A model generated the notes under the pieces. The model saw nothing but the letters and a program-made list of their open reading frames with translations, had not been told where the DNA came from and did not search any database. Positions 45,690-57,824 of a DNA stretch of 64,000 bases are shown here, piece by piece. Source of the DNA: Rhizaria sp. SCN 62-66 (Eukaryota); NCBI GenBank assembly GCA_001724265.1, contig MEDY01000022.1:62001-126000 (forward strand), given 5' to 3'. The position numbers were made by a program, and so were the translations under genes. Within the stretch, counting starts at the first letter, position 1; every line of letters begins with the position of its first letter.

Positions 45690-47385
45690 TCAAACAGCGC
45701 CGCCCGTGAACCGCTTAGCACGGTCTCCCTTGGCCTTCTCCTCTTTGAGTTTGTCGATCTCGGTCTTGACGGCATCCAGTTGCTTCCCCAGCGCCGCAAC
45801 ATGACCCTTAAGCGTCGCCTTCTCCTCCGCGGGCATCTCGGCGCCCGCGGCAAGGATCTTCTTGGCGATCTCTTTGCGCTTCTCGATGATGGTCGACATA
45901 AACTGGGCCTTGGAGAGGATGTTGCGGTCGACGGCAGCGAAGTACTCCGCAGTGCCTGCCGCGCGGGACACGGCGCTAGGGCCAGCGCCCGCAGCAGCAG
46001 CAGCACCAGCAGAGCCAGGGCCGCTCTTGAAGCCAGGCTTCGCAGTCGCAGACTCACTGTCGGGCGCAGCGGCAGCGGCAGCGGCGGCCTGAGGAGCGGC
46101 GGCGGCGGGCTGGCCGTCAGTCATCGACGGCTGTCCATCACTCGTCATGCCCATCGGACCCCCCGGCTGGCCGTCACTGGCGACACGGTTCGCAGCGGCA
46201 GAGGCGGCGCCAAAGGGCTTCTTGCCGGGCTTGAAGTGACCGTGGGCACCGTGGGTTCCCTGCGCACCCGCGGCGGCGGCGGCGGCGAGCGCCTGCTGCT
46301 GCATCATGGCCATCATCTGCATCTGCTGCTGCTGCTGCAACTGCTGGATTTGCTTCTTGAGCTCAGCGACCGCACTAGCCTCCTTGTCGCCAGAGGAATG
46401 CCCCGCCTGCTTACTATGAGGGCCGTGGTTGTAGTGCTGGTCACGGTCACTCCTGTCACGGCCACCGCCCTGACCCCGCTGTTGCTGCTGCTCACGGTCA
46501 CCCTGACTTCGCTGCTCACGGTCACCTTGCCGCTGCTCACGGTCAAACCCCTGCTCGCGCTGCCACCCAACCCCGACGCCCGCGATGCCCGCCAAAACAA
46601 GCCCGGTCGCACCAGCAGCGCCCGCGGCAGCGCCGGTGGCAGCGGTGACGCCGGCCTTGACGCCGCCGTTGCCGTCCGCGATGGCGCCGAAGCGCGCGCC
46701 CTCGGCCGCCAGCGCCCGCAGCGCCTGCTCCGCGGCCACGCGCGAGGTGAAGGTGACCGTGAGCGCGCGGCCCGACGGCGCGGGCCCGTGGGCGGCGACG
46801 CCCGGATACCGCGCCGACACCGCGCCCGCGATCTCGCCCAGCGAGGACAACGACTGCGAGGCCGGGTGTCGCGCGAAGTAGGACTGCGGCAGCGAGAAGC
46901 GCAGAGTGCGCGCGTTGCCGTTGTACTCCAGCGCCCCCGTGCTGCCGCCAGAGTTGCCGCCCGCGCTGCCGCTGACGGTGCTCTCGCCGCGGCCACTGTA
47001 GCTCTCGCTGGGGATGTCGTTGTGGACGCTGAAGGTTTGGGGGCCGTCGTTGGCGATGGTGTTCTTCTTGACAACAATACGGCGACGAGGCGCTCCGTCA
47101 TCGGCCGCACTGGCGCCGCCAGAGTTGTTGCTCGATGCGGCGTGTGCGTCGGTGGAGTCGGAGCCAAACGCAGCGTGCACGGCGTTCGCACCTGTGTTAG
47201 CGCTGCTCGCGTTGGGGCCTGCGTTGGAGCCTGCGGCGGTCTTGATGCTGCGGCCGCTGCCGGCTGCGGCTGCACTGGGACCGCTCGCGCTCGTGTTGCC
47301 TGAGATAATGTGCGAGTCGAGAGTGGGGGTAGCGCGGACGGGGGCAACGCGGCCAATGCCAGAGACTGCGGACTGAAACAGACGA

Positions 47386-47436
<51 letters not shown>

Positions 47437-48001
47437 TGATGCTTAGACTGGCTCTGTTGTGCGGCGGCATTAAGAGCGACGCCGCCGATCATGCTGGGGA
47501 TCGTGGGAGAGCTCGCAACGGGCGTCGCGGTAGGGGGCTCTGCGGCGGGGGGCGCCGCGGCGGGGGGCACGGAGACTGAGAGCGGCGGGGCCTGTGCAGA
47601 GTCAGCGGCAGTCTCAGCAGGGCGCTGGGAGGCGATCCACGGGAACATCTTGTCGATAAACGCATCAAGAAGCTCTAAAAACAAAAAATAAAAGAGAATC
47701 AAGAAGCATGTACAATGTGAGCATTGTTTAGTTTCAAGAAATGGAGAGGGGTCGTGTGAAAGTTTGAAAAAGCGATTATGGACAGAACAATCCGTTGTGA
47801 TGTGGACGTACCTTGCTCAACGAACTCGGATAGCTCCTTGGCGACGGCGATGCGCATGTCCGCCTCGTGGCCCTCTTCGCTGAGCACGGCGACAACGAAC
47901 TGCGCGAGCATCTGCGGGTCAACCGTCTCCATAGTCGTGAACTCGGCCGTCGCCCAGTCTTCGAGGCGCTCGCCGAGCGCTTTGTCGATCCAGGGGGCCA
48001 T
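45690..48001 (-). CDS. PWI-domain protein with degenerate RRM and C-terminal coiled coil, RBM26/RBM27-like (~724 aa)
   Basis: Exons 48001-47812 and 47674-45690 (intron GTACGT...TAG). PWI-like segment DPQMLAQFVVAVL...KELSEFVEQELLDAFIDKMF; RRM-like ALTVTFTSRVAAEQAL; tail IIEKRKEIAKKIL...EEKATLKGHVAAL. Stop TGA. Confidence 0.7.
46108..46545 (-). repeat. Short coding tandem peptide repeats (3x DREQ, 3x S/T-DGQP) in the PWI protein
   Basis: FDREQRQGDREQRSQGDREQQQQ and ASDGQPGGPMGMTSDGQPSMTDGQP; ctgctcacggtca is repeated at DNA level. Confidence 0.8.
47388..47438. repeat. (CTG/CAG)n coding microsatellite, poly-Gln
   Basis: Near-perfect ctg run on the + strand. Confidence 0.95.
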
Positions 48002-48336
48002 CGTATGCAAAACAGAGTCTAATACGACGCGAAAAGGACTTCTGTGTGGCGGTTACAAATTAAAAAAAGAGTAATATGTTGATGTGAATATGTGTGTGAT
48101 ATTGTGTGGCTGTTAACGGAAGGCTCGTCGCATGAGCTACATCTTTCGATAACATCCCCGCGTCAACTCCGTGCGATGTTCCGCACCACAAACACGATTC
48201 ATTGAAAATGCCGTATTATAACGTCACAACGAGACTTTGACGCCCACTCACAGGATCACCCGTGCGATTTTATTTCTAATCGTAGTCCACACTCCCACTC
48301 CAGAGCCCGTTGTGCTCCTTAATATTGCGGACCCGC
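48002..48336. promoter_or_regulatory. Probable bidirectional promoter region between divergent genes
   Basis: 335-bp lower-GC spacer between two head-to-head ATGs; positional inference only. Confidence 0.45.
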
Positions 48337-49538
48337 ATGCCTCCCAAGAAGGGCAGCAAGGCCGCCGCGGCCGCCGCTGCCAAGACCTCCGCGACGACCA
48401 AGCCCGCAGCCAAGGGTCCCACGGGCCCCAACACTGTCATTTCGCTCGCGTTTCCGTCGATGGACATTATGGCGATCGGCCTGGGCCGCATCTCGGCTTA
48501 CCTGGAGGACCCCAAGCTCGAGGGCAAGCCAGTCAGCTTCCGCACTCTCATCGACGCCAACTCGCCGTGCATTCGTTACGCCGGACACAACTTCTCGCTG
48601 CAGCACTACAACGACGCGTGCAACGCGCTTAAGGACCTCTCCGTCGCTGAGAAAACCGTTCAGGTACGTCGATGTCAGTGCCAACGAAGCTATGAACGCT
48701 CCACTCTTGCTATGCTTTGCATTCGATCTTCATTATACTCCAGACATAGGTGATATATGCGTGTATTAATGCTGTTGCTGTTTGTCTTTGCTATAGATAT
48801 GTGCTGTATTCTTGAATTTGATCTTGTGTCACAAATCTCACTCGCACAATCTCACCTTATATACGCAATCAATGTGTCACCCTTGTGGCTCTTTCTCTGC
48901 TCCTAACACATACCTAGCGCTCCATCCTGGAGGTTGCCCGGAAGGTGAAGCCCCCCGCGACTGTGTACATCATTGCGCACGTCTCCGGCGACACCAAGAC
49001 GCTGGAGCACGAGGAGAAGCACGCGATGTTCCACTTCTGCGCCGATTACCGCGCGCGCGTTGCGGGTCTGTGGGCGGGCGTCGAGGCGGGCAACCCGTCC
49101 TGGGCAGCGCAGTTCAACGCTCACCTGGGCGGGCTCTACTGCGAGCGCGTATGGCTGGACGAGTTCCAGGCTATCGTGCTGAACCGCGAGTACGAGTGCG
49201 CCGCCAAGACCGTCTCGCTGCTGCAGTCGATCGTACCCGCCGTGGCCAGTTTGCCGTACCACTTCGAGTCGGTCGCGCTGCCCACCAAGGGGCTTGAGCC
49301 GGCGGCCGCGGAGGCGGCGTTCTGTCGAGGTGGTGGCGGCAGCGGCGGCAACGGTGACGATAACGACGATGACTGTAGTATCGACTGTGGCAAGGAGCAG
49401 AAGCAGAGGACGCAAGAGACTGAGACTGTTGTGGTTGTGGTTGCTGATGACAAGAGTGACTGTGAGCACGGCAGCAAAGATGCCAGTGACAAGGCTGTGG
49501 CCGACTTGACAAAGAAGCTTGCCAAGGCGTTCAAGTGA
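48337..49538 (+). CDS. Uncharacterised HExxH zincin-like metallopeptidase (~315 aa)
   Basis: Exons 48337-48663 and 48918-49538 (intron GTACGT...TAG). YIIAHVSGDTKTLEHEEKHAMFHF followed by WLDEFQA, a candidate third zinc ligand. Stop TGA. Confidence 0.7.
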
Positions 49539-50126
49539 GGCAACGGTCACGGAAGCTTAGCAAAGTGACTAACATCTACCGTTACAAGATTTACAAGAGC
49601 AACGCCGGAAATAGTCGTATTTAAGTGAACATCACCATTTAAGCAACAGTACTAACATGTTTCTTGTCATGTCCATTTCCCAAGTGGACAGCTAAAGGCT
49701 TGATTGGGCCAGAATACAGAAACAACAAGATTTAAGCAAATAGGCATTCAATCAAGAGGATGTTTAGAAAATGGTTATACAGTAGTTGCGAATGTATTAT
49801 AGTATTGCATTTTTTTAGGGGTTCTTGGTATACTATAATATCTCTTCATGCCGCATCATGTGCACACGTTTCTCGCCACACGTCTCTGCCGCAGCAGTGT
49901 CGATGCTGTTAACGCACCCGACTTACTGCAGCCGACACAGTGCGGGGAGAGACGCTGTGCACTCACATTCCACACACTCACACAGTCAAACTGGGTTAGT
50001 TCGTTTAATTAGACACTGCACAAACGCCCGCGAGTGAATCGCAGTCGCCTGTCGCAGTCATTGCTCTGAGTCATCGTCAAAGCAAAGTCAAGCCGAGAGC
50101 CAGCAGCTAGAGCACTTACTGGGCGC

Positions 50127-50946
50127 TTACTGGGGGTTGGCGGCCTGGAAGTACTCAAGCGAGGCCTTGGGGGAGGGCTTGATGGTCTTGTCGCCCTTGC
50201 GCCAGTTAGCGGGGCAGACCTCGCCGTGCTCAGCGACGTACTGGAAGGCCTCGACCAGGCGCACGATCTCCTCGGAGTTGCGGCCCGCGCCGGGCGCGTT
50301 CTGGGACACGTGAACGACCTTGCCATCGGGGTTGATGATGTAGGTCGCGCGGGTGTGGTGGCCATCGGCGAGGAGGCAGCCGTAGGCGGTGCCCCACTTG
50401 CGGTCGAGGTCGGCGAAGAGGCCGATGTTGATGGCGCCGAGGCCGCCCTTGTTGCGGGGAGTGTTGACCCAGGCGTTGTGGGTGAAGACGGAGTCGACGG
50501 AGCCGGCGAGAACGACGGTGTTCATGGTCGCGAGCTTCGAGGCCTGGTCGGAGATCGCGATGATCTCGGTGGGGCAGGTGAAGGTGAAGTCCTGTCATGA
50601 TCGAACGTAAAGCGATAGAATGGGATAGAAAGCCAAGAGCAAAGACCGAACAAAGAGAGAATAGACAGCAAATGAGAAAATTGTAAGCGACGAAATAACA
50701 TTTTTTAAAAGTAAAAACTCGTTAAAAGTTAAGATAATATGTTTTCCTCACGAGGCAAAAATGTTTATGGTGTCAAAGGCGCGATGATAGACCTGTGATG
50801 GAGTGATGACGTACAAGGGGGTAGGCAGCGAGGACGAGCCACTTGCCCTTGTGGGTCTCGTTGGTGACGGTGGAGAAGGTGCCGTCAACGTTGAGGACCT
50901 CCATGGAGAAGGCGGGGGCGGGCTGGTTGATGATGGTGGAGGACAT
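50127..50946 (-). CDS. Typical 2-Cys peroxiredoxin (Prx1/AhpC family, 198 aa)
   Basis: Exons 50946-50815 and 50591-50127. YPLDFTFTCPTEI (peroxidatic Cys), GGLG, GEVCPANW (resolving Cys), C-terminal EYF. Stop TAA. Confidence 0.96.
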
Positions 50947-51594
50947 AATGCAACTGTGCAAGAGAAGATGCGGGGAAGGAAGTGGCGAGAGTGAGAGGGG
51001 GTGGGGGGTGCTGCAACGCGGATGCTAGAAATGACAGCCAATATCACGTTGCTTCAGTGTACACAAATATGGATCGGATATTTCGAACAGAAAATCAGGC
51101 TAATTACGGAAATCTGAGTTCACTCCGTGGGTCGACATAGATATTTACTGTTTGATCGAAAGCGCTCGATCCTCACCCAGTCTGAAACGCCGAGTAGAGC
51201 GATGCTCGCGAATTAGCCTCTAAGGGTCCGTCTAAGGGGGGATAATATGTTGTGAGATCGATAAAACGACTCCGCCCGTCGTGATCCCGCATGATTTCAT
51301 GCATACTTTGATGAAATCGCATATTTCAACCTCGTTTACATTGAACTAAGTGTCATTAGCTTTGTTTGACGAGGTGTCGAGAGATATAATTGCTTCCAAA
51401 GTGGCCGGATTTCGCGCGCCAACTGCGAAACGTCACGATTGTCAAGTGATATTGTGTATTCTGTTAAAATAGACCCAAGATGCACCTTCGGTAGCGCATA
51501 TGGCCCGCACTCGCGCATAGTTCCATCTTCCAATCCACAACCATACACGCGCTATATCCCCAAACCCTGCTTGCATCATCTCTCTGCGCCCAGT

Positions 51595-54591
51595 TCAACG
51601 GCAGCGCACGACCATGCCCTCACCCTGGTACATCGCGCCCGCGAGCACCGAGGCAAAGGCGGCCGACTTCTCGTTCATGCAGACCTTGAACGTCTTGATC
51701 TGGCTCCACCCGTAGGGCAGGCTCGAGTCCGTGCCCTGTGCTGTCTCGGCCTTGGCCGCCGCGACGCCCTGCGCCAGCGCAGCCTCCTCGCCCTTAGACA
51801 CGCCCGAGAGCTTGATGAGCTCATCATCGGTGACAGACGCGCCGAGCCGCCACGCGCACTGCATGGGCCGCGCAGAGGTAACGTTACGCCAGCCCTTGCC
51901 GCCCTTGTGCTTGCTCCAGTCCCAGTAGGAAGTCCGGTAAGAAACGCCGGAGCTCGTGTCCACGAGGGACGGGTACGCGTGCCCGTCGCGCCCACGGTCG
52001 CGTGCTGACTCAGCAGCTGCCGCAGCAGAGTCGGCGTCAGCGTCAACGTACGCGGAGCGGCTGAGAGTGTCGGCGGGGTAGACGGGCAGGTAGTCGTAGT
52101 CGTCAGCGTTGGCGGAGGTATCCGCCCCGCTGTGGCGACGAGAGCCATCGCTGCTCGCGCTCTCCAGCAGGCTAAACAGCTGGTCGTCGCTAGCATTGCT
52201 ATCAAGCTCGCTGCCGCTGTGAAGCTGCCGGTGACGAGGCACGCGTTGCAGTACAGGGATGGCGTCTGCGCTGCCCATGTTGTACGCGTCGATGTCGTCC
52301 CGCGAGAAGAGGTATCCGCCAGCCTCGACGTCGCCGGCCAGCACAGCCGCGTGCACTGTCTCCTGCTCGCTCTCGGACAGCAGGCTGAACTCGGGCAGCG
52401 ACACCAGCACGTCGGCGGCCTCCCGGTTCAGCTCGGCCATCGAGACCTCGTTGGCCGTGTCGCTCAGGGCCCGCGCGGTGGCGGCGGCGGCGGCGGCGCG
52501 GTCGCGCTCAGCCTCCTCGGCGGCGCGCTCCCAGTGCGGCGCGCGGTCGAAGAAGGCGTCGCGCGCCCGGGCACTGGCCACCGTCGCGCCGACCAGCCCC
52601 GCGAGGTCCGCGTCGACCCTCCCAGTCGCGCTCGTCGCACTCGTCGCAGTTGTTGCTGTTTCCGTCGTCGTCGTCGCCGTCGAGGACTCGGCGGCTTGGA
52701 GGAAACTCTTCTTCTTGGCCGCCGCCGCAGCAGCAGCCTTGCGCCGCGCCATGACGCGGTCGCGGGCCGCTCCGTGGGCCTTAAGCATCGCCTCGCTGTA
52801 CTGGCCCTTGGGGGCCGCCTTCTTGGCGCCGCCGGCCGCGGGCTTCGCGGCGCCGCCGGGCTTGGCGGCGCGCTTGAAGCCCGCCTTGCGCGCTGCGGCG
52901 GCGTCAGCCTTGTCCTTAGCCTCGGCCGCGGCGGCCGCCTCACGCGCCTGCTGCTCCTGCTCAGGCGTCAGCCCCGGCGGCGGCGCGCCCGTCACGAGGG
53001 CGCGCAGCTCGTTGGTGTCGGTCGTGACGCTGCGCTTCATCTCCTGCTGCGCGCGCGCCAGCGTGAGCGCCGACTCAGCCTTAGACGCGCGGTCGGTCAG
53101 GAACGCCGTCCGCACGGGGTCCAGGTATGCCGTGCACTGGAAGCACTTGCGCTGCTTGCGCCGAGTGCCGGCCACCTTGTCCGCCATCGCCTTGGCGAAC
53201 TTCTTCGACTTGGTCTTGAAGGGGAATTCAAGCGGCTTGATCTTGTACAGCGAGAGCCGCTTCCAGCACGCCTCACCCTCCTGGCAGCCCGCGGGCCGCG
53301 CCTTGGTCCACGGGAACTGGGGCGCGTCGGCCTGCACCGCCCCGCCCGGCACCAGCTTCCCGCCACGGCGGCGATTCTTGCGGTCCTTGCGGGCGCGCTT
53401 GGTGTTTCTCCGCGCGCCGCGGCCGCCGCCGCGGCCGCCCGTGCTGGCGTCAACGTCGAGCTCCACGCCTGCGCCCGCGCCGGCGGTGCTGAGGTGGGCG
53501 ATCTCGGTGTTAAGCTCGGCCAGCAGCGCGCCGGACGCGGGGGCGGACTCGGACGCGGGGTGGGAGGACTCGGCCACAGCGTCGGTCTCGGCCTCAGACT
53601 CTGCATCAGCGTCAGAGTCAGCGTCAGCCTCAGACTCGGTGTCAGCGTCAGCGTCGGCGTCGGTCTCAGCCTCGGTCTCGGCCAGGGAGGCGGCCGTAAG
53701 CTCTGGCGCCGCGTCCGCAAACGAGAAGCCCGTGGGCCCGTTGGTCAGCCGAATGCCGTCTGTGTTCAGCGCGGCGGTCGCGGCGTTGGCCGCGGCGTCG
53801 GGGGCGGCGAAGAAGCCGCTGGTGTCTGCCGCGAGCGCGGCGGAGTCAAAGCTGGCGTCGACCGAAGGCCGGAAGCCCTGCGTCGCGGCGGCGTGCTGCG
53901 CGGCTGCGACGCGCTTGATCTCGTCCTGGCGCGCCATCCAGAGCTTGTCAGTGATGCGGCCGATGTTCAACCGCGGCGGGTTGAACAGGTCGAACTCGAG
54001 ATCCTCCTTCGTCTTCGCAGCAGTCGTTGCAGTAGTCGTTGCAGTTGCAGCTGTGGAGGCGTCGTTGTTATTGTTGTTGTCGGTGCCGGCTGCGGCAGAG
54101 AGAGAGGCGCCAAGCTCGATGAACGCCGCACTCACGGTGGGGCCAGCGGCGGCGTCAGCACTGTTGTGCTGGGCTGCGTTGTGGCTCCGTGAGCGCATAC
54201 GCATCTTGAGCGGCTGGCCCCCCATGGTCGCAGTGACCACGGAGTCGCGGGCGTCGTCCAGGGAGCGGCCCAGCGTCGCGCCGAGCAGGGCGTCCGCGGA
54301 AACGGTCGCAAATGCGCCTGTGGGGGCGGGGGCAGCGTTTGAGAAAGCAGCCGCACTGCGCAGGAGCAAAACAAGAGCATGGATGAAGATGGAGCTATGA
54401 GGGGAAGAGTCGAATGAAAAAGAGGGCGGTGCAAGGCCAGAACAAAGGACAGCAGGGGATTACGCATAGAATCGTGGTAGAAAACACATGATTCAATGCT
54501 GAAATCGCTGCTAAATACGCGTAAGAGAGTATATAGAGGTGCTGTTGACGTACCAGATGAGGAGGATGAGACTCTTTAGGACGAAGCTCAT
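51595..54591 (-). CDS. Secreted protein (~932 aa) with acidic repeats, Cys-containing basic modules and repeated S-hydrophobic-x-E/Q motifs
   Basis: Exon 1 54591-54554, intron 54553-54356 (GTACGT...CAG), exon 2 54355-51595. Splicing gives the signal-peptide-like MSFVLKSLILLICAAAFSNA. Stop TGA. Confidence 0.8.
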
Positions 54592-55095
54592 CGGCCTCCC
54601 CCCACTATAGAATGGGGGAACACTCATGTCAGGCAAAAGTCCAAAACGCGGATTGAGGAGAATACCACTTGCCAGAGCCAGGTATCCCAACAATATCAAC
54701 GCTGACGGACAGCAGACAGCAGGAGCCATCCAGCTTTGAACCCTTCTCATCACCTTGCTTCGGTCCGTTCCCCTTTGGGCTCGTTGGCGCTTTTCTGCGA
54801 ACCAACGCCGCCAGTCTGCTCCATCATCGATGGAATCGACCAACGAAGCCCGCGAAGAGTCTGATCAAATTCGACATATCCCGAACGCGTGCAGGTATAA
54901 TAACGGCGCGTGGTATAAACATACTCAATTTTGTGGTTATATCTGCTATTCTATCTCTTGTTTATCTCGTTCTACCGCGCTGTGCTGCCTCAAATCCAAC
55001 CCTTCCTGACCCGCCTCTCATCCCTCTCTCTGCCATTGCACTCGCACCTTGCCCCTCATTCCCTCACCCTGTCGCGATGCCTGCCCCTCAGCGCA

Positions 55096-55505
55096 ATGGA
55101 CAAGGCGAACCAGAACGCCGTGTCTGCCATGTCGGCGAACCTGGCTCGCATGGGCGGCTCCGTCGAGGCCGCCCGCGCCGGCGCCGCCGCGGGCCCCGTG
55201 ATCCGTGACCCCGTCACTGGCGCGCTGCGCCACGCGACTCACGACGAGTCGTCCTCGCTCGCCGGCCTGGCCGCCGCGGCACACCACGACGCCGCCTTTG
55301 CGGTCCCCGGCGCCGCGGGCCCAATGGCGGCGCAGCACGCGGGCATGATGGCGCGGCTGGCCCAGTACCGCGACCAGTCGGCCGCCGCCGCCGCCGCGTC
55401 GATGACGGCCGCGCCCGTCGCCGCGCCCGGTCTGGCGCTGAGCGCCGACGCGATGGCGCGCGAGTTCAGCGCGCTTGCCGTGTCCGCGCCCAGCGCCGTC
55501 GCTCT

Positions 55506-55542
<37 letters not shown>

Positions 55543-57824
55543 GTGGCGAGGATGGGCGTGCCGATGCAGGGTGGCCACCCGAATGCGATGGCCCGCCAGC
55601 ACGAATCGATGCTGCTGATGCAGCAGCAGCAACACCAGCACCAGCACATGGCGCAGATGCAGCAGCAGATGCAGATGCAGAGCGCCATGATCCAGCAGCA
55701 GCAGCAACAGCAGCAGATGCACATGCAGCAACAGCAACAGCAGGCTATCATGCTCGCCCAGGCCCAGGCCCAGGCGCAGCAGCTCCAGGCCCTCCAGCTC
55801 CAGCAGCAGCAGCAGCAGGCCGGTGGTGCCGACAAGGCCTCGTCGCGCCTTTTCTCGCAACTGCGCGCGCAGCGCGACGCTGGCGTCGTCTCGGACTCGG
55901 GTCTCTCCCAGTCCGCGGCCGCGGCGACGGCGACGCCCGAGGAGGCGCTAGTGGCGGGTGGCGGCGCGGCGCAGGCGATGGGCCCCGGCCTGAACGGGGC
56001 GATGCTGGGCGAGCTGATGGAGAAGAGCGAGAAGTGGCGCAACAGCGAGTTCGTCAAGTTCCTCAACGGCATCAACAGCAACGAGCTCGAGCTGCGCGGC
56101 GACGGCGTCTACGCGGTCGATCCCGCGGCCAAGCAGGAGGAGATGGAGATGTACAACCGGCTCTACGGCGATGAGGGCGACGACGACGTTGACTATGATC
56201 AGCAGGAGGAGGAGGAAGAGGAGGCCCGGCTCGCTAAGGAGGAGGCAGACTTTATCCAGCGCATCCAGAACGGCGAAACGTACGCAATCTCTCTATATTT
56301 CGTATTTATTCATCTAAGAACTGACTCACGTGTGTATTGAATGTATATCTAGCATGTAATTAAATTGTGTGACTCAATCCTTCACTTTCGCTAACTTGTT
56401 GCATTTTGTCCTTGTTTCCCTGATGTTTCTTTCTTTTCGCCCTGTGTGCAGTATCGACAACCCGTGGGACAAGAGTGTGAGCGAGGAGCTTAACGTCCAG
56501 AAGACGTGGGCGGAGCTGCTCGAAGAGGCTAAGGCGCGCCGCAACGAGCCCCCGGCGTACGATTTCCCCGCCGACAGCCAGACCAACGAGCTGCGGTACG
56601 TATCTGGCGCTAAATTAAAAACAAATATGTGAGGTTTCTTCTTTCTTGTGTGTGTGTCTCACTCTTTCCTCTCCTTTCTTGTTGCTTTTTTGCGTTGTCT
56701 TACCTCTTCACAGCAACGACCCCACCGTGCTGACCCGCGGCATCGCCCTCTTCGAAGCCGGCGAGCTCATGGAGGCTACGCGCTGCTTCGAGGCTGCGGT
56801 GCTGCAGGAGCCCAACAACGCCGAGGCGTGGCGCTGGCTCGGCCAGGCCTCGTCGCAGAGCGAGAAAGACACACAGGTTCGTGTCAACTCACACACACCA
56901 ACTCGTCGATTTGACAGCATTTGACAGCATTCACTGCAGTATCATGTCGTGAAACCCAATTTCCAATTTGGTATCTTTACTAAACCGATAGTGTTTTATA
57001 TTCTCAGCTCATTTTGCCCTTCTCTGTGTGTCATATTCTTGATTCCTTCATCACAAACCGTGCAGGCGATCGCGGCGCTGTCCCGGTGTGTCAAGCTCGA
57101 CCCTAACAACCTCGCGGGGCTCTACATGCTGGGAGTGGCCCACTCGAACAACTACAACAGCACTGCCTCGCTGCACTGCCTCAAGTCGTGGCTGCTGGCG
57201 AACCCGGCTTACCACGGTGCGCTGGACCTGCAGCCGCTGCGTGAGTACGACGAGCTCTACGGCAGTGACGAGACGGCCAACTCGGCCGCCGCCGCGGGAG
57301 GCCCGCTCAACATGGAGCTGCACGAGGTTGTGACGAAGCTGTTCGTGGACGCCACCAAGGCCAACCCGCAGGACGCCGAGGTGTGGACCGTTGTGGGACT
57401 GCTGTACCGCCTCAGTAGCGACTTCGACCAGTCGATCGCGGCCTTCCGCGAGGCCATCAAGCTGCGGCCCGACGACCCGCAGATGTGGAACAAGCTGGGC
57501 GCCATGATCACCAACTCGGGCGAGAATAGCGAGGAGGCCATCGCGGCCTTCAACCAGGCAGTGCGGCTGCACCCCAAGTACGTGCGCGCACTCAGCAACA
57601 TGGGCGTGTGCTACTACAACGAGCGCCAATACGAGGAGTCGGTCGACGCCTTCCTCCGCTGCCTCGCCATCAACGACGAGCCGACGCACCTGTGGGGCTA
57701 CATCCGCATGTCGCTGTCCAAGATGGGTCGCGAAGACCTGGCGCTGGTGGCGCGCGAGCAAAACGTCGAGCTGCTGCAGCGCCACCTATACGGCGACCTC
57801 CGCAACAACGGCGGCGCCGCATGA
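55096..57824 (+). CDS. PEX5: Peroxisomal PTS1 receptor PEX5 (~749 aa)
   Basis: Exons 55096-56279, 56452-56595, 56714-56876 and 57066-57824. Pex7-binding-like KWRNSEFVKFL; TPRs FEAAVLQEPNNAEAWRWLG, AIAAL, MWNKLGA...NS...SEEAI, PKYVRA..NMGV. Stop TGA. A possible extra upstream exon 54830-54894 (donor GTATAA, acceptor 55091) would add the N-terminal Cys. Confidence 0.93.

Noticed and set aside
48915-48917. In-frame TAG upstream of the HExxH exon (similar TAGs at 8854-8856 and 41318-41320)
   Set aside because: These are 3' splice acceptors at the ends of AT-rich introns, not codons.
39141-57824. Apparent redox cluster (NOX, SDHAF1, peroxiredoxin, PEX5)
   Set aside because: Mixed orientations, unrelated genes interspersed and no shared motif seen; probably coincidental.
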